Shown here in pieces: positions 47,518 through 57,852 of a DNA stretch of 64,000 nucleotides. Source of the DNA: Roseateles sp. (lineage in GTDB: Bacteria > Pseudomonadota > Gammaproteobacteria > Burkholderiales > Burkholderiaceae_C); NCBI RefSeq assembly GCF_049240545.1, contig NZ_JBMLSK010000371.1, forward strand, positions 21,608 to 85,607. The letters run 5' to 3'. Within the stretch, counting starts at the first letter, position 1. Each line of letters begins with the position of its first letter. A program made the position numbers and the translations under genes. The notes under the pieces are model-generated. The model was not told where the DNA came from, did no database searches, and saw only the letters and a program-made list of their open reading frames with translations.

Positions 47518-48177
47518 ATGATGAAGATTCCACGCCGCCGTTTCAACGCCAGCCTGCTCGGCTCCGCCGCGCTGACCGCCGCTGGGCTGCCCCAGCTGAG
47601 TTGGGCCCAAGGCGGCACGCCGATCGAAGGCACGCACTACCAACGCCTGGCCCAAGCATTGCCAGCCAGCGCAAGCAACAAGATCGAGGTGTTCGAGTTC
47701 TTTCTCTACACCTGCCCGCACTGCTATGCCCTGGACCCGCTGCTGAGCACCTGGAGCAAGCAATTGCCAGCGGATGTGGTGGTCCGCCGCATCCATGTGG
47801 GCGTTGGCGCCATGCACAAACTGCACCAGCGCATGTTCTACACGCTGGAAGCGATGGGCCGCTTGGGCGATCTGCATGAAGCGGTGTTCAAGGCCATCCA
47901 CGTGGGGCAAGAAAGCTTGAGCGATGAAAAGGCCATCACCGCCTTGATGGCCAGGCTGGGTGTCGATACCGCCAAATTCAGCGCCACCTTCAACTCTTTT
48001 GGCGCCCAAACCCGAATCGGCCAAATGGCCAAGCTGGCCAACGACTACAAGGTTGAAGGCGTGCCCGCGATGGGCGTGGGCGGCCGTTTCCTGACGGCGC
48101 CCAGCATGGCCAAGGGCAATGCACAGGCCTTGGCCGTGACCGATCACCTGATCAAGCTGGTACGCGGCAAGGCTTGA
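47518..48177 (+). CDS. dsbA: DsbA-family thiol:disulfide oxidoreductase, copy 2
   Basis: EFFLYTCPHC, EGVP; SD AAGGA. Confidence 0.92.
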   Translation: MMKIPRRRFNASLLGSAALTAAGLPQLSWAQGGTPIEGTHYQRLAQALPASASNKIEVFEFFLYTCPHCYALDPLLSTWSKQLPADVVVRRIHVGVGAMHKLHQRMFYTLEAMGRLGDLHEAVFKAIHVGQESLSDEKAITALMARLGVDTAKFSATFNSFGAQTRIGQMAKLANDYKVEGVPAMGVGGRFLTAPSMAKGNAQALAVTDHLIKLVRGKA

Positions 48178-48254
48178 GTCATTCGGACAGCGGCGCTCGG
48201 GCTAGAATGAACTGCAAGAATTGTGCCGCCATGCAAAACCCTGAGCTCCGCCCC

Positions 48255-48896
48255 ATGAACCCCGCCACCGAACGCCTGAGCCAACAGGCCTTGGGCTTGG
48301 TTGTGGCCGCCTTGCTGAGCCTGGGAACAGGGACGGCGTCGGCCGAAAAAGCGGACCGCCTCAAGCCGCTGAACATCGCCTCCGAAAGAGGCGGCCGCAT
48401 TGATGTCGCCAATCAGCGCACCGAATTCCTCGGCGATGTGGTGATGAGCAAGGGCAGCATCTTGCTGCGCGCCGAACGCGTCGACTTGCGCGAAACCGGC
48501 GATGGCTATTACCAAGCCTATGCCAGCGGACAGACCGGCAAGCAGGTCAGCTTCCGCCAGGCTCGCGATGTGCCGGGCGAGGCCATCGAAGGCTTTGCCG
48601 ACCAGATCGAATACGACACCCGCAGCGACGCCGTGCGCTTCATCGGCAATGCGGTCGTGCGGCGCACCGTCGGGACGGCGGTCGGAGACGAAGTCACCGG
48701 CGCGGTGATCGTGTACGACAACCGGACCGAGGTGTTCACCGTCGAAGGGGGCCAAAGTTCGCCCCACCCCACTGGACGAGTACGCGTGGTGATGATGCCT
48801 CGCGGTGCCGCAGCCACTGGGGGCGCGGAGGCCAGTGCGCCTGCCTTGCCGCTGAAACCCAGCACCGAGTTGCAGCCGCCCCGCAAGCCCTCATGA
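48255..48896 (+). CDS. lptA: LPS transport periplasmic protein (start 48231 or 48255)
   Basis: Signal peptide, [38 protein letters not shown]; directly upstream of lptB. Confidence 0.9.
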   Translation: MNPATERLSQQALGLVVAALLSLGTGTASAEKADRLKPLNIASERGGRIDVANQRTEFLGDVVMSKGSILLRAERVDLRETGDGYYQAYASGQTGKQVSFRQARDVPGEAIEGFADQIEYDTRSDAVRFIGNAVVRRTVGTAVGDEVTGAVIVYDNRTEVFTVEGGQSSPHPTGRVRVVMMPRGAAATGGAEASAPALPLKPSTELQPPRKPS

Positions 48897-49684
48897 ACAG
48901 CGCCGCCGTCTCGCATCCGCCGGCCGCCTTGGAATCCGGCCCGCGCAGCCGCCTTGAAGCCGAAGGCCTGGCCAAAAGCTATGGCGTGCGCCGCGTGGTC
49001 AAGAATGTGCATCTGAGCGTCGGCAGCGGCGAAGTGATCGGGCTCCTGGGCCCCAACGGCGCCGGCAAGACCACCAGTTTTTACATGATCGTCGGCCTGG
49101 TGCGCGCCGATGCTGGCCAGATCCGCATTGACGGCCAGGCCGTCGAACATCTGCCCATCCACCAACGCGCCCGTTTGGGCCTGAGCTATCTGCCTCAGGA
49201 AGCCTCGATTTTTCGCAAGCTGACGACCGAGCAAAACATCCGCGCGGTGCTGGAGTTGCAAGTCGGGCCGGATGGCCGCTCGCTGCCGCCCAAGCGCATC
49301 AATGAATTGCTGGAAGGCCTGCTGCACGACCTCAGCATCGAATCGCTGCGCGACAGCCCGGCGCCCGCCTTGTCGGGCGGAGAACGCCGGCGGGTTGAGA
49401 TCGCCCGCGCTCTAGCTACCCAGCCGCGCTTCATCCTCTTGGACGAGCCCTTTGCCGGGGTGGACCCGATCGCGGTGCTGGAGATCCAGCGCATCATCGG
49501 CTTCCTGAAGGCGCGCGGCATCGGCGTGCTGATCACCGACCACAATGTGCGCGAGACGCTGGGCATCTGCGACCGCGCCTACATCATCAGCGAGGGTTCG
49601 GTGCTGGCCGAAGGCACACCGGACGAGATTGTCGACAACGCCGACGTGCGCAAGGTCTACCTCGGCGAAAACTTCCGCATGTGA
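48893..49684 (+). CDS. lptB: LPS export ABC transporter ATPase
   Basis: [61 protein letters not shown]. Confidence 0.97.
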   Translation: MNSAAVSHPPAALESGPRSRLEAEGLAKSYGVRRVVKNVHLSVGSGEVIGLLGPNGAGKTTSFYMIVGLVRADAGQIRIDGQAVEHLPIHQRARLGLSYLPQEASIFRKLTTEQNIRAVLELQVGPDGRSLPPKRINELLEGLLHDLSIESLRDSPAPALSGGERRRVEIARALATQPRFILLDEPFAGVDPIAVLEIQRIIGFLKARGIGVLITDHNVRETLGICDRAYIISEGSVLAEGTPDEIVDNADVRKVYLGENFRM

Positions 49685-49693
49685 ATGATGGAG

Positions 49694-49842
49694 CCCCCAC
49701 ACTCACTCCGTTCATTGCCAAGCGGCATGCAGGCCGCATGGCGCTCGCCAGCCAAGGACAAGCGCGCAGGCGCTTGTCCTGCGCGGGCTCTCCCCCCCGA
49801 GGGGGCGCAGGCCTGCCTTGGGGCGGCCCGGCGCCAGGCCTG
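49694..49842. repeat. REP/extragenic palindrome-like multi-hairpin element
   Basis: Hairpins GCGGC/GCCGC, AGGACAAGCGC-gcag-GCGCTTGTCCT, CCCCC/GGGGG and AGGCCTG/CAGGCCT packed into the lptB-rpoN spacer. Confidence 0.55.
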
Positions 49843-49854
49843 ACGGGCTGACAA

Positions 49855-51369
49855 ATGAAGCCCTCACTACAGGTTCGGCTGAGCCAGCATCTTTCATTGA
49901 CGCCGCAATTGCAGCAGTCAATTCGGCTCTTGCAGCTATCGACCCTGGAGCTGAACCAAGAAGTCGACCAGATGCTGGCGCAAAACCCGCTGCTGGAGAC
50001 CGAAGAGGACTACAGCGTGGCCGCGCCCGAGTTGGCCGAAATGCGCGGCAGCATCAGTGAAGCCACCGCCGCCGAAGACAGCGGCGCCGATCTGGAAGTG
50101 GGCGGTGGCAGCGAAGGCCCGGCCGAGATTCAGGCCGAAGACTTTGGCAGCACCGAGCGCGAAGACTGGGAGAACGGCACCGAGCGTGACGACTTCGACG
50201 GCATCCGCGAACAACCCGCCAACAGCAGCGGCAGCGGCGGCGATGAAGACGGCGAGCGCCAAGACCAATCGAGCGGCGAGATCAGCTTGCAAGAACATCT
50301 GGTGCAGCAAATGGCGGGCATGGGCTTGTCGGATGCCGACCGCATGGCCTTGCATGTCTTGATCGAATCGCTCAACGACGACGGCTATCTGGAAGACGGC
50401 CTGGACGAGATCGCCGCCTCACTCAGCGAAGACGCTGAGGAACGCGAGGATCTGCTCGACCATCTGCGCATTGCGCTGAAATGGCTGCAACACATGACGC
50501 CCAGCGGCGTTGGCGCCAAGGACTTGTCCGAGTGCCTGGAGTTGCAACTGCGCGCCCTGCCGCGCAGCCAAGCGCAGATGATTGCCATCATCATCTGCAA
50601 GCGCCATCTGGAACTGCTGGCCCGGCGCGACCACAAAAAGCTGATGGCGCTGACCGGCGCCGATGACGCCTTGCTGCGCGAAGCGCAGGCCTTGATCGTC
50701 TCGCTGGAGCCCAAGCCGGGCCGGGCCTTTGCACGCAGCACGGCGGCGGCGGTGATCCCCGATGTGATCGTGCGCAAGGTGGGACGCGAACTGCGCGTCA
50801 TCATCAACCCCGAGGTGGCACCCAAGCTGCGCATCAACGAGATGTACGCCAATGCCCTGCGCCAAACGCGCGGCGGCATCACCAACAGCGCGCTCGGCGG
50901 CCAGTTGCAAGAAGCGCGCTGGTTCATCAAAAACATTCAACAGCGCTTCGACACCATTTTGCGGGTCTCGCAAGCCATTGTGGAGCGGCAAAAAGCCTTC
51001 TTCACCCATGGCGCTTTGGCGATGAAGCCCCTGGTGCTGCGCGAGATTGCCGATGAGCTGGGCCTGCATGAGTCCACCATCTCGCGCGTCACCACCGCCA
51101 AGTACATGGACACGCTGTTCGGCACTTTTGAGCTGAAGTACTTCTTCGGCTCGGGCCTGAGCACCGAGGCCGGCGGCGAAGCCTCCAGCACCGCAGTGCG
51201 GGCGCTGATCAAGCAGTTCATCGAAGCGGAAAACCCGGCCAAGCCGCTGTCCGACAGCGCCATCGCCGGCATGCTGGAAGAACAAGGCATCCAAGTCGCG
51301 CGCCGCACCGTCGCCAAGTACCGCGAAGGCATGAAGATCGGCACCACCACCATGCGCCGGGTCAGCTGA
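49855..51369 (+). CDS. rpoN: RNA polymerase sigma-54 factor
   Basis: LTPQLQQSIRLLQLS, LHESTISR, RpoN box ARRTVAKYRE. Confidence 0.98.
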   Translation: MKPSLQVRLSQHLSLTPQLQQSIRLLQLSTLELNQEVDQMLAQNPLLETEEDYSVAAPELAEMRGSISEATAAEDSGADLEVGGGSEGPAEIQAEDFGSTEREDWENGTERDDFDGIREQPANSSGSGGDEDGERQDQSSGEISLQEHLVQQMAGMGLSDADRMALHVLIESLNDDGYLEDGLDEIAASLSEDAEEREDLLDHLRIALKWLQHMTPSGVGAKDLSECLELQLRALPRSQAQMIAIIICKRHLELLARRDHKKLMALTGADDALLREAQALIVSLEPKPGRAFARSTAAAVIPDVIVRKVGRELRVIINPEVAPKLRINEMYANALRQTRGGITNSALGGQLQEARWFIKNIQQRFDTILRVSQAIVERQKAFFTHGALAMKPLVLREIADELGLHESTISRVTTAKYMDTLFGTFELKYFFGSGLSTEAGGEASSTAVRALIKQFIEAENPAKPLSDSAIAGMLEEQGIQVARRTVAKYREGMKIGTTTMRRVS

Positions 51370-51431
51370 ATTCAAGGGGACGGGGCAAGGCACGCCATGC
51401 TCATGACGACCCAACTCGACGGACACAAGCC

Positions 51432-51938
51432 ATGACACGCCCACTGAAATCGCTTTTCTTGCTGGCCTTTGTGCTCATGAGCTTGATGGGCTGCGCAAGT
51501 CTGGAACCTGCGCGCGGCCTGACGCCGGGCCTGCCGGCGAGCGAAGTGGTGGCGCGGATGGGCCAAGCGGTGCGCGTTTGGACAGATGCCGACGGCGGGC
51601 GCACCTTGGAGTACTCGCAGCAACCGATGGGGCAGCACTGCTTCATGATCAAGATCGGGCCGGATGAGCGACTCATCCGCATCGAAGACACCTTACAGCT
51701 CTCCGGCCGTAACCGCATTCAGCCCGGCATGACACCCGAACAAGTCAGCCGTGTGCTGGGCAAGGAGCGCAGCCGCATGTACTTCAAGCTCAGCGGCGAG
51801 GACGTTTGGGACTGGACCATTCCCAGCGAGCCCGATGGCAAGCGTCAGCGTTTCAATGTGCATTTCAAAGACGGCGTGGTGCTGCGCACCACTTACAGCA
51901 TGATCTTTGACGATGATCGCTTGATGCCCTTTCGCTGA
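51432..51938 (+). CDS. Lipoprotein with two SmpA/OmlA (BamE)-like halves
   Basis: Lipobox LMGC; halves PGLPASEVVARMG and PGMTPEQVSRVLG...VWDW...FNVHFKDGVV. Confidence 0.75.
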   Translation: MTRPLKSLFLLAFVLMSLMGCASLEPARGLTPGLPASEVVARMGQAVRVWTDADGGRTLEYSQQPMGQHCFMIKIGPDERLIRIEDTLQLSGRNRIQPGMTPEQVSRVLGKERSRMYFKLSGEDVWDWTIPSEPDGKRQRFNVHFKDGVVLRTTYSMIFDDDRLMPFR

Positions 51939-51980
51939 GCCAAACTGGCGGCCCGCGAGCTTCCTGGGACAATAGCGCCC

Positions 51981-53279
51981 ATGGCCGCCAAAGAATCCCC
52001 CAAGAACCTGCACTATCTCTTCGTCTCCTGCCCCTCGGGCGTGGAGCGTTTGCTCGACGAAGAAGTGCGGGCCATCCTGCCCAAGACCCATATCGAGGTG
52101 CTGCGCGGCGGCATCGCGCTGAAGAGCGATCTCGAGGGCGTGATGAAGCTCAACCTCGAGTGCCGACTGGCGCAGCGCGTGCTGATCGAGCTGATCTCGG
52201 GCGGCTATCGCCATGAGGACGATATCTACGCTCTGGCGCGCCGCATCGACTGGACGCAGTGGATCACACCGGCGGAGACGATTCGGGTCGACACCACCGC
52301 CCGCCACTCGCCGCTGCAAAGCCTGAACTTCGCCAATCTGCGCGTCAAAGATGCGATCTGCGATGTGCTGCGCGACGCCACCGGCGAGCGCCCCAGCGTG
52401 GACACGCGCTTCCCGGATCTGCCAGTGATGATGCACCTGAGCGAGACCGATGCCACGCTCTATATCGACACCTCGGGCGAGCCGCTGTTCAAGCGCGGCT
52501 GGCGCGAAGACAAGGGCGACGCGCCGCTGAAGGAAACCCTGGCCGCTGCCATGCTGGCCGCCGCCGGCTGGAAAGGCACGCCCGAGACCGGCGGCGCCTT
52601 GCACGACCCCTGCTGCGGCTCCGGCACCATCGCCGTTGAGGCGGCGCAGATCGCTTGCGGCATGGCCGCCGGCATGCAACGCCGCTTCGCCTTTGAAAAG
52701 CAACTCCCCTTCGTGCCGCTGCGCGGTCGCTGGCAAGCCATCAAGCAAGCCGCCAAGGATCGCGAGCATGCGCCAGCGGTGCCGATCTTCTGCAGCGATG
52801 TGTCCTTCCGCATGGTGGACTTCGCGCGCCGCAATGCCGAGCGCGCCGGCGTGGCCCAGTACATCCAATTCAATGGTGGCGATGCCTTGGAGCGGCCGGC
52901 GCCCGAGCTGCCCGAGGGCATGCCCGGCGTCATCATGATGAACCCGCCCTATGGCGAGCGTATCGAGGTGCGCGGCAAGGCCGGCAATGTGCAGATGAGC
53001 CGCGATGCCTATGGCTCTGAGGCCCGCGATGGCGGTGACGACTTCTTCCCCCGCCTGGCCTCGCACTGGAAGCGTGCCTACACGCTGAACCCAGCCGGCT
53101 GGACCGCCTGGTTGCTCTGCCCCGACATGAAGCTGCCCAGCAAGATGCGCCTGAAGGAATCTCGCAAGTTCCCGATGTGGAACGGCCCGATCGAATGCCG
53201 CTTGTTCCGTTTCGACCTGATCAAGGGTTCGGCGCGCAAAGACAAGGCCAGCACAGACGAGGGCAGTGCCCCCGCCTAA
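51981..53279 (+). CDS. THUMP-domain SAM-dependent RNA methyltransferase (RlmL-like)
   Basis: LFKRGWR, APLKETLAAAML, DPCCGSGTI, NPPYGER. Confidence 0.92.
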   Translation: MAAKESPKNLHYLFVSCPSGVERLLDEEVRAILPKTHIEVLRGGIALKSDLEGVMKLNLECRLAQRVLIELISGGYRHEDDIYALARRIDWTQWITPAETIRVDTTARHSPLQSLNFANLRVKDAICDVLRDATGERPSVDTRFPDLPVMMHLSETDATLYIDTSGEPLFKRGWREDKGDAPLKETLAAAMLAAAGWKGTPETGGALHDPCCGSGTIAVEAAQIACGMAAGMQRRFAFEKQLPFVPLRGRWQAIKQAAKDREHAPAVPIFCSDVSFRMVDFARRNAERAGVAQYIQFNGGDALERPAPELPEGMPGVIMMNPPYGERIEVRGKAGNVQMSRDAYGSEARDGGDDFFPRLASHWKRAYTLNPAGWTAWLLCPDMKLPSKMRLKESRKFPMWNGPIECRLFRFDLIKGSARKDKASTDEGSAPA

Positions 53280-53297
53280 GTCACGCTAGCCTGCGTA

Positions 53298-54047
53298 TCA
53301 GGCTTCCGACAACGCCAGCCAGCCCAGCACCGCCAGCGGCGCCGTGTCGGCACGCAGGATGCGTGGGCCGAGTTGCACGGCGACAAAGCCTTGCGCGCGC
53401 GCGGCCTCTTCCTCGGCCGGGCTCAGGCCACCTTCCGGGCCGCTGAGCACCAAGGTGCGGGTGGCCTCGGCCTGAGCTGCGGCCAGGGTTTGCAGGGGTT
53501 GAGCCGCCGTCGGGCTGAGCAGCCAGCGGCGTTGCCCCTCCGGCTGCGGGCCCAAGCCGGCCAGCCATGAGCCCAAGGACTGCACCGCGCCGATCTCGGG
53601 GATGCGGGTGCGGCCGCATTGCTCGGCAGCAGCGACCGCTACGCCGCGCCAATGGGCTTGTTTCTTCTCGGCCCGCTCGCCGCTCAGGCGCAGCACCGAG
53701 CGTTCGCTCATCAAAGGCTGAATGCCGCCAGCGCCCAATTCAGTGGCCTTCTCGACGACGCCGTCCATCCGGTCATTGGCCGGCATGGCCAGGGCCAGGG
53801 TAATGTGTTGGCGCAGTTCGCGCTGCACCAGTTGGCGGGCTTGCAGATGCACACGCACCTCGCTGCGGCCCATGGCGGCGACTTCGGCCTGCCATTCAAA
53901 ACCGGAGCCATCGAACAAGGTGATCGGGCTGCCCGGCTGCAAGCGCAAAACCTGCACATGGCGCGCCGCGGCCGGCGGCAAGCTCAGATCCGAGGTGTCA
54001 ACGGACAACTGAGGCAGCGGGGTGTCGACAAAAAAACGCGGCGGCAT
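53298..54047 (-). CDS. rsmE: 16S rRNA m3U1498 methyltransferase
   Basis: HVQVLRL, VEKATELG, AAAEQCGR, GPEGG, LGPRILRADTA. Confidence 0.96.
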   Translation of the reverse strand: MPPRFFVDTPLPQLSVDTSDLSLPPAAARHVQVLRLQPGSPITLFDGSGFEWQAEVAAMGRSEVRVHLQARQLVQRELRQHITLALAMPANDRMDGVVEKATELGAGGIQPLMSERSVLRLSGERAEKKQAHWRGVAVAAAEQCGRTRIPEIGAVQSLGSWLAGLGPQPEGQRRWLLSPTAAQPLQTLAAAQAEATRTLVLSGPEGGLSPAEEEAARAQGFVAVQLGPRILRADTAPLAVLGWLALSEA

Positions 54048-54293
54048 GGTGAACTCGACTCAGGGCAGACAGACAAGCTCGCAGTGTGCCAGCAAGTTCA
54101 ACGCGTTTTGGTCAGCCTTGCGCGGCATCCTTGATCGACGCAGCGCTTCACCGCCTAGTTCATGCGGCAACCCTTCATCAGCCCCCGGTACCGCTAGGCC
54201 TGCCGGGCCAGGAAACCACAGAGACGCTGCCATTCCAAGGGGCTGATATCGGCTTCGGTCCCGGCTTTGGCATTGCTGGAAGGCGCTGCCGGC

Positions 54294-55967
54294 TCAGCTT
54301 TTGTCTCTGAGTTCGCGGCGCAGGATTTTGCCGACCGGGGTCTTGGGCAACTCATCGCGGAACTCGACGACCTTGGGTCGCTTATAGCCGGTCAGATTGG
54401 CTTCGCAATAGGCGCGCACATCGGCTTCGGTGATGGCCGGGTTCTTGCGAACAATCACCACCTTGACCGCCTCACCGGCCTTGGCATCGGGGATACCGAC
54501 CGAGGCGCACTCCAAGACGCCGTCCATCTGCGTCAGCACATCTTCCACCTCGTTCGGGTAGACGTTGAAGCCGCTGACCAGAATCATGTCCTTCTTGCGG
54601 TCCACGATGCGGAAGAAGCCGCGCTCATCCATGGTGCCGATATCGCCGGTGCGGAAGAAGCCGTCGGCCGTCATGACCTGCGCGGTTTCATCGGGGCGCT
54701 GCCAGTAGCCGGCCATCACCTGCGGGCCACGAATCGCGATCTCACCGCGCTCGCCCGGCGCCACCGGCTGGCCGGCGTCGTCCAGCAAGCACAGCTCGGT
54801 GCTGGGCATGGGCAGGCCGATGGAGCCGGTGTAAGCCGTGCTGTCCGTCGGGTTGCAGCTGGCCACCGGCGAGGTCTCGCTCAGGCCATAGCCCTCGCAG
54901 ATGGGGCAGCCGGTCTTCTCCAGCCACAGCTTGGCGGTGGCTTGCTGCACCGCCATGCCGCCGCCCACCGCGATCACCAAACCGCGCCAATCGACGGTAT
55001 TGAAGTCCGCATGATTGGCCATAGCCATGAACAAGGTGTTGACCGCCGGCAGGCTGTGGAAGCGATGCTTGGCCAGTTCCTTGAAAGTGCCAGGAATATC
55101 GCGCGGGTTCGGGATCAAGACATTGCAGCCGCCCACGTGCATGGACAACATCATGTTCGTGGTGAAACCGAAAATGTGATACAGCGGCAAGGCGCAGACA
55201 CTGACCAATTGCTCACCGGCCGGGATCTTCTTCAGTGCGGGCTGATACCAGGCCGCAGCCTGCATCACATTGGCGACCAGGTTGCGATGCAGCAGCACCG
55301 CGCCCTTGGACACACCGGTGGTACCGCCGGTGTACTGCAGCACCGCGATGTCATTGGGCCCGACGTTAGGCACCTTGTAGCTCAGCTGGCGACCGCGCGA
55401 GACGGCATCGTTGAAGGCCACGGCGCCCGGCAGCTCGAAAGCCGGCACCAGCTTCTTGACCTTGCGCACTACGTAATTGACGATCAAGCCTTTGGGGAAG
55501 CCCAACATATCGCCCATTGAGGCCAGGATGACATGCTTGGTCGGAGTTTGCTGGATCACCTGCTGCAAGGTGGTCGCAAAGTTCTCAAGGATGACGATGG
55601 CCTTGGCGCCGGCGTCTTTGAGCTGATGCTCCAACTCGCGCGGGGTGTACAGCGGGTTGACGTTGACCACCACATAACCAGCACGCAGCACGGCAGCCAC
55701 CGCCACCGGGTACTGCATCACATTGGGCATCATCAACGCGACGCGGTCGCCCTTCTCCAGCCCCAGGCTTTGCAAATAGGCGGCCAAGGCCCGTGAGGCC
55801 TCGTCCAGCTGCGCGAAAGTGATCTGCCGGCCCATCATCTTGTAGGCCGCTTGGCTCGGGTACTTCTTGAACGCCGAGTCCATCATATTCACCAGCGATG
55901 GGTACTCTTCGGCGTGGATCTCGGCAGGAACTCCTTCAGGGTAGTTCTTGAGCCAGGTCTTCTGCAT
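54294..55967 (-). CDS. fadD: Long-chain fatty-acid--CoA ligase
   Basis: WLKNYPEGVP, YTGGTTGVSKG, EGYGLSET, TGDIG, DRKKD, PVGKILRREL. Confidence 0.93.
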   Translation of the reverse strand: MQKTWLKNYPEGVPAEIHAEEYPSLVNMMDSAFKKYPSQAAYKMMGRQITFAQLDEASRALAAYLQSLGLEKGDRVALMMPNVMQYPVAVAAVLRAGYVVVNVNPLYTPRELEHQLKDAGAKAIVILENFATTLQQVIQQTPTKHVILASMGDMLGFPKGLIVNYVVRKVKKLVPAFELPGAVAFNDAVSRGRQLSYKVPNVGPNDIAVLQYTGGTTGVSKGAVLLHRNLVANVMQAAAWYQPALKKIPAGEQLVSVCALPLYHIFGFTTNMMLSMHVGGCNVLIPNPRDIPGTFKELAKHRFHSLPAVNTLFMAMANHADFNTVDWRGLVIAVGGGMAVQQATAKLWLEKTGCPICEGYGLSETSPVASCNPTDSTAYTGSIGLPMPSTELCLLDDAGQPVAPGERGEIAIRGPQVMAGYWQRPDETAQVMTADGFFRTGDIGTMDERGFFRIVDRKKDMILVSGFNVYPNEVEDVLTQMDGVLECASVGIPDAKAGEAVKVVIVRKNPAITEADVRAYCEANLTGYKRPKVVEFRDELPKTPVGKILRRELRDKS

Positions 55968-56065
55968 GGGTCTTGTCTCCGATCGTTTGGGACGGATTCT
56001 CTCCGATGCCAGGCCGCGAATGGCTCAGGGGATTCGATAGCGCAACTAGGGAGCGCACCTTAAAA

Positions 56066-56100
56066 GTGCATGAGCTGCCCCTGTATCGGGGATCATGCAC
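56066..56100. other. Hairpin immediately 3' of pntB (terminator or mRNA-stabilising stem)
   Basis: GTGCATGA..CCCC-tgtatc-GGGG.TCATGCAC; no clear U tract. Confidence 0.45.
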
Positions 56101-56106
56101 AGGCAC

Positions 56107-57534
56107 TCACTCCACCGCCTTCACCAAATCCTCCACCACCTTCTTCGCATCGCCAAAGACCATCATGGTCTTGTCCATGTAGAAGAGTTCGTTGTCCAGA
56201 CCCGCGTAACCCGAGGCCATGGAGCGCTTGTTGACGATGATGGTTTTGGCTTTGTAGGCCTCAAGAATCGGCATGCCGTAGATGGGGCTGCCTTTGACGT
56301 GGGCGGCGGGGTTCACCACATCGTTGGCGCCGAGGATGATGGCCACGTCGGCTTGCGCGAATTCGGCGTTGATGTCTTCCATCTCGAACACCTGCTCATA
56401 CGGCACCTCGGCCTCGGCCAGCAGCACATTCATATGGCCGGGCATGCGGCCCGCCACCGGGTGGATGGCGTATTTGACGGTCACGCCCTTCTCGGTCAGC
56501 TTGTGCGCCAGTTCTTTCACCGCATGCTGGGCGCGCGCCACGGCCAGGCCGTAGCCGGGCACGATGATCACGGTTTCGGCATTGCCCAAGATGAAAGCCG
56601 CATCGTCGGCGCTGCCGCTCTTGACCGAGCGCTGCACCGCCCCGCCCGCCGAGGCTTCTGCGGCGTCGCCTCCAAAGCCACCCAGGATCACATTGAAGAA
56701 ACTGCGGTTCATGGCTTTGCACATGATGTAGCTGAGGATAGCACCCGAGCTGCCCACCAAGGACCCAGCAATGATCAGCATGGCGTTGTTCAGCGAGAAG
56801 CCGATGCCGGCCGCCGCCCAACCCGAATAGCTGTTCAGCATTGAGACCACCACCGGCATATCGGCACCGCCGATGGGGATGATCAGCAAGACGCCCAGCG
56901 CGAAGCCCAGCACAAGAATGGTGATGAAGGCGGCCCAGGATTGGGTTTCCCAGAAGCCGTAGCAACTGATCAGCGCTGCCAAGCCCAGCGCAAGATTGAG
57001 CTTGTGCTGGCCGGCAAAGGACACCGGTGCCCCCTGAAAGAGGCGGAACTTGTACTTGCCCGAGAGCTTGCCAAAGGCGATCACCGAGCCGCTGAAAGTG
57101 ACGGCGCCAATGAAGGCACCCAGCGCCAGCTCGATTCGGTTGCCACCGGGGATGCGCATGCTGCCCGCTGAAGTAATGCCAAAGGCCGCCGGTTCCAACA
57201 CCGCAGTCGCCGCGATGAAAACCGCCGCCAGGCCGATCATGCTGTGCATAAAGGCGACCAACTCGGGCATCTTGGTCATCTCGACTTTTTGCGCCATATA
57301 GGCACCCAAGCCGCCCCCAAGCACCAAGCCGGCCAGCACATAAGTCAAGCCAAAAGCGCTGCCATGGGCCAACTTGACGATCAGCGCGGCCGTGGTCACG
57401 GCGGCAATCGCCATGCCGGCCATGCCAAAGAGATTGCCGCGAATCGAGGTGGTCGGATGCGACAAGCCCTTCAAGGCCTGGATGAAGAAGACGCTGGCGA
57501 CCAGGTACAGCAGGGTGACAAGATTCATGCTCAT
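56107..57534 (-). CDS. pntB: NAD(P) transhydrogenase subunit beta
   Basis: [53 protein letters not shown]. Confidence 0.98.
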   Translation of the reverse strand: MSMNLVTLLYLVASVFFIQALKGLSHPTTSIRGNLFGMAGMAIAAVTTAALIVKLAHGSAFGLTYVLAGLVLGGGLGAYMAQKVEMTKMPELVAFMHSMIGLAAVFIAATAVLEPAAFGITSAGSMRIPGGNRIELALGAFIGAVTFSGSVIAFGKLSGKYKFRLFQGAPVSFAGQHKLNLALGLAALISCYGFWETQSWAAFITILVLGFALGVLLIIPIGGADMPVVVSMLNSYSGWAAAGIGFSLNNAMLIIAGSLVGSSGAILSYIMCKAMNRSFFNVILGGFGGDAAEASAGGAVQRSVKSGSADDAAFILGNAETVIIVPGYGLAVARAQHAVKELAHKLTEKGVTVKYAIHPVAGRMPGHMNVLLAEAEVPYEQVFEMEDINAEFAQADVAIILGANDVVNPAAHVKGSPIYGMPILEAYKAKTIIVNKRSMASGYAGLDNELFYMDKTMMVFGDAKKVVEDLVKAVE

Positions 57535-57848
57535 GGCTTGGCCTCCTCGGACTTCTTCTTGTCCTTCTTCTTGAACATCTCCAGCATGCGGCGCGTCACC
57601 AAGAAGCCGCCGAAGACATTCACCGCCGCCAGCGCCACCGCCAGCGTGCCCATGAGCTTGCCCAAATCGGTGACGGTCAAGGCGGCGGCCAACATGGCAC
57701 CGACGATGACAATGGCCGAGATCGCATTGGTCACAGCCATCAAGGGCGTATGCAAAGCAGGGGTTACCGTCCAGACCACGTGGTAGCCCACATAGATAGC
57801 CAGCACGAAGATGATCAGATTGGTGATGGTGGGATCGACAAATTCCAT
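57531..57848 (-). CDS. pntAB: NAD(P) transhydrogenase subunit alpha, part 2 (membrane)
   Basis: [33 protein letters not shown]. Confidence 0.96.
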   Translation of the reverse strand: MEFVDPTITNLIIFVLAIYVGYHVVWTVTPALHTPLMAVTNAISAIVIVGAMLAAALTVTDLGKLMGTLAVALAAVNVFGGFLVTRRMLEMFKKKDKKKSEEAKP

Positions 57849-57852
57849 GGCG

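Noticed and set aside
54130-54200. CTGATGA on the minus strand (54175-81) as a hammerhead ribozyme core
   Set aside because: The downstream element is GAAG rather than GAAA, and the three flanking stems cannot be built.
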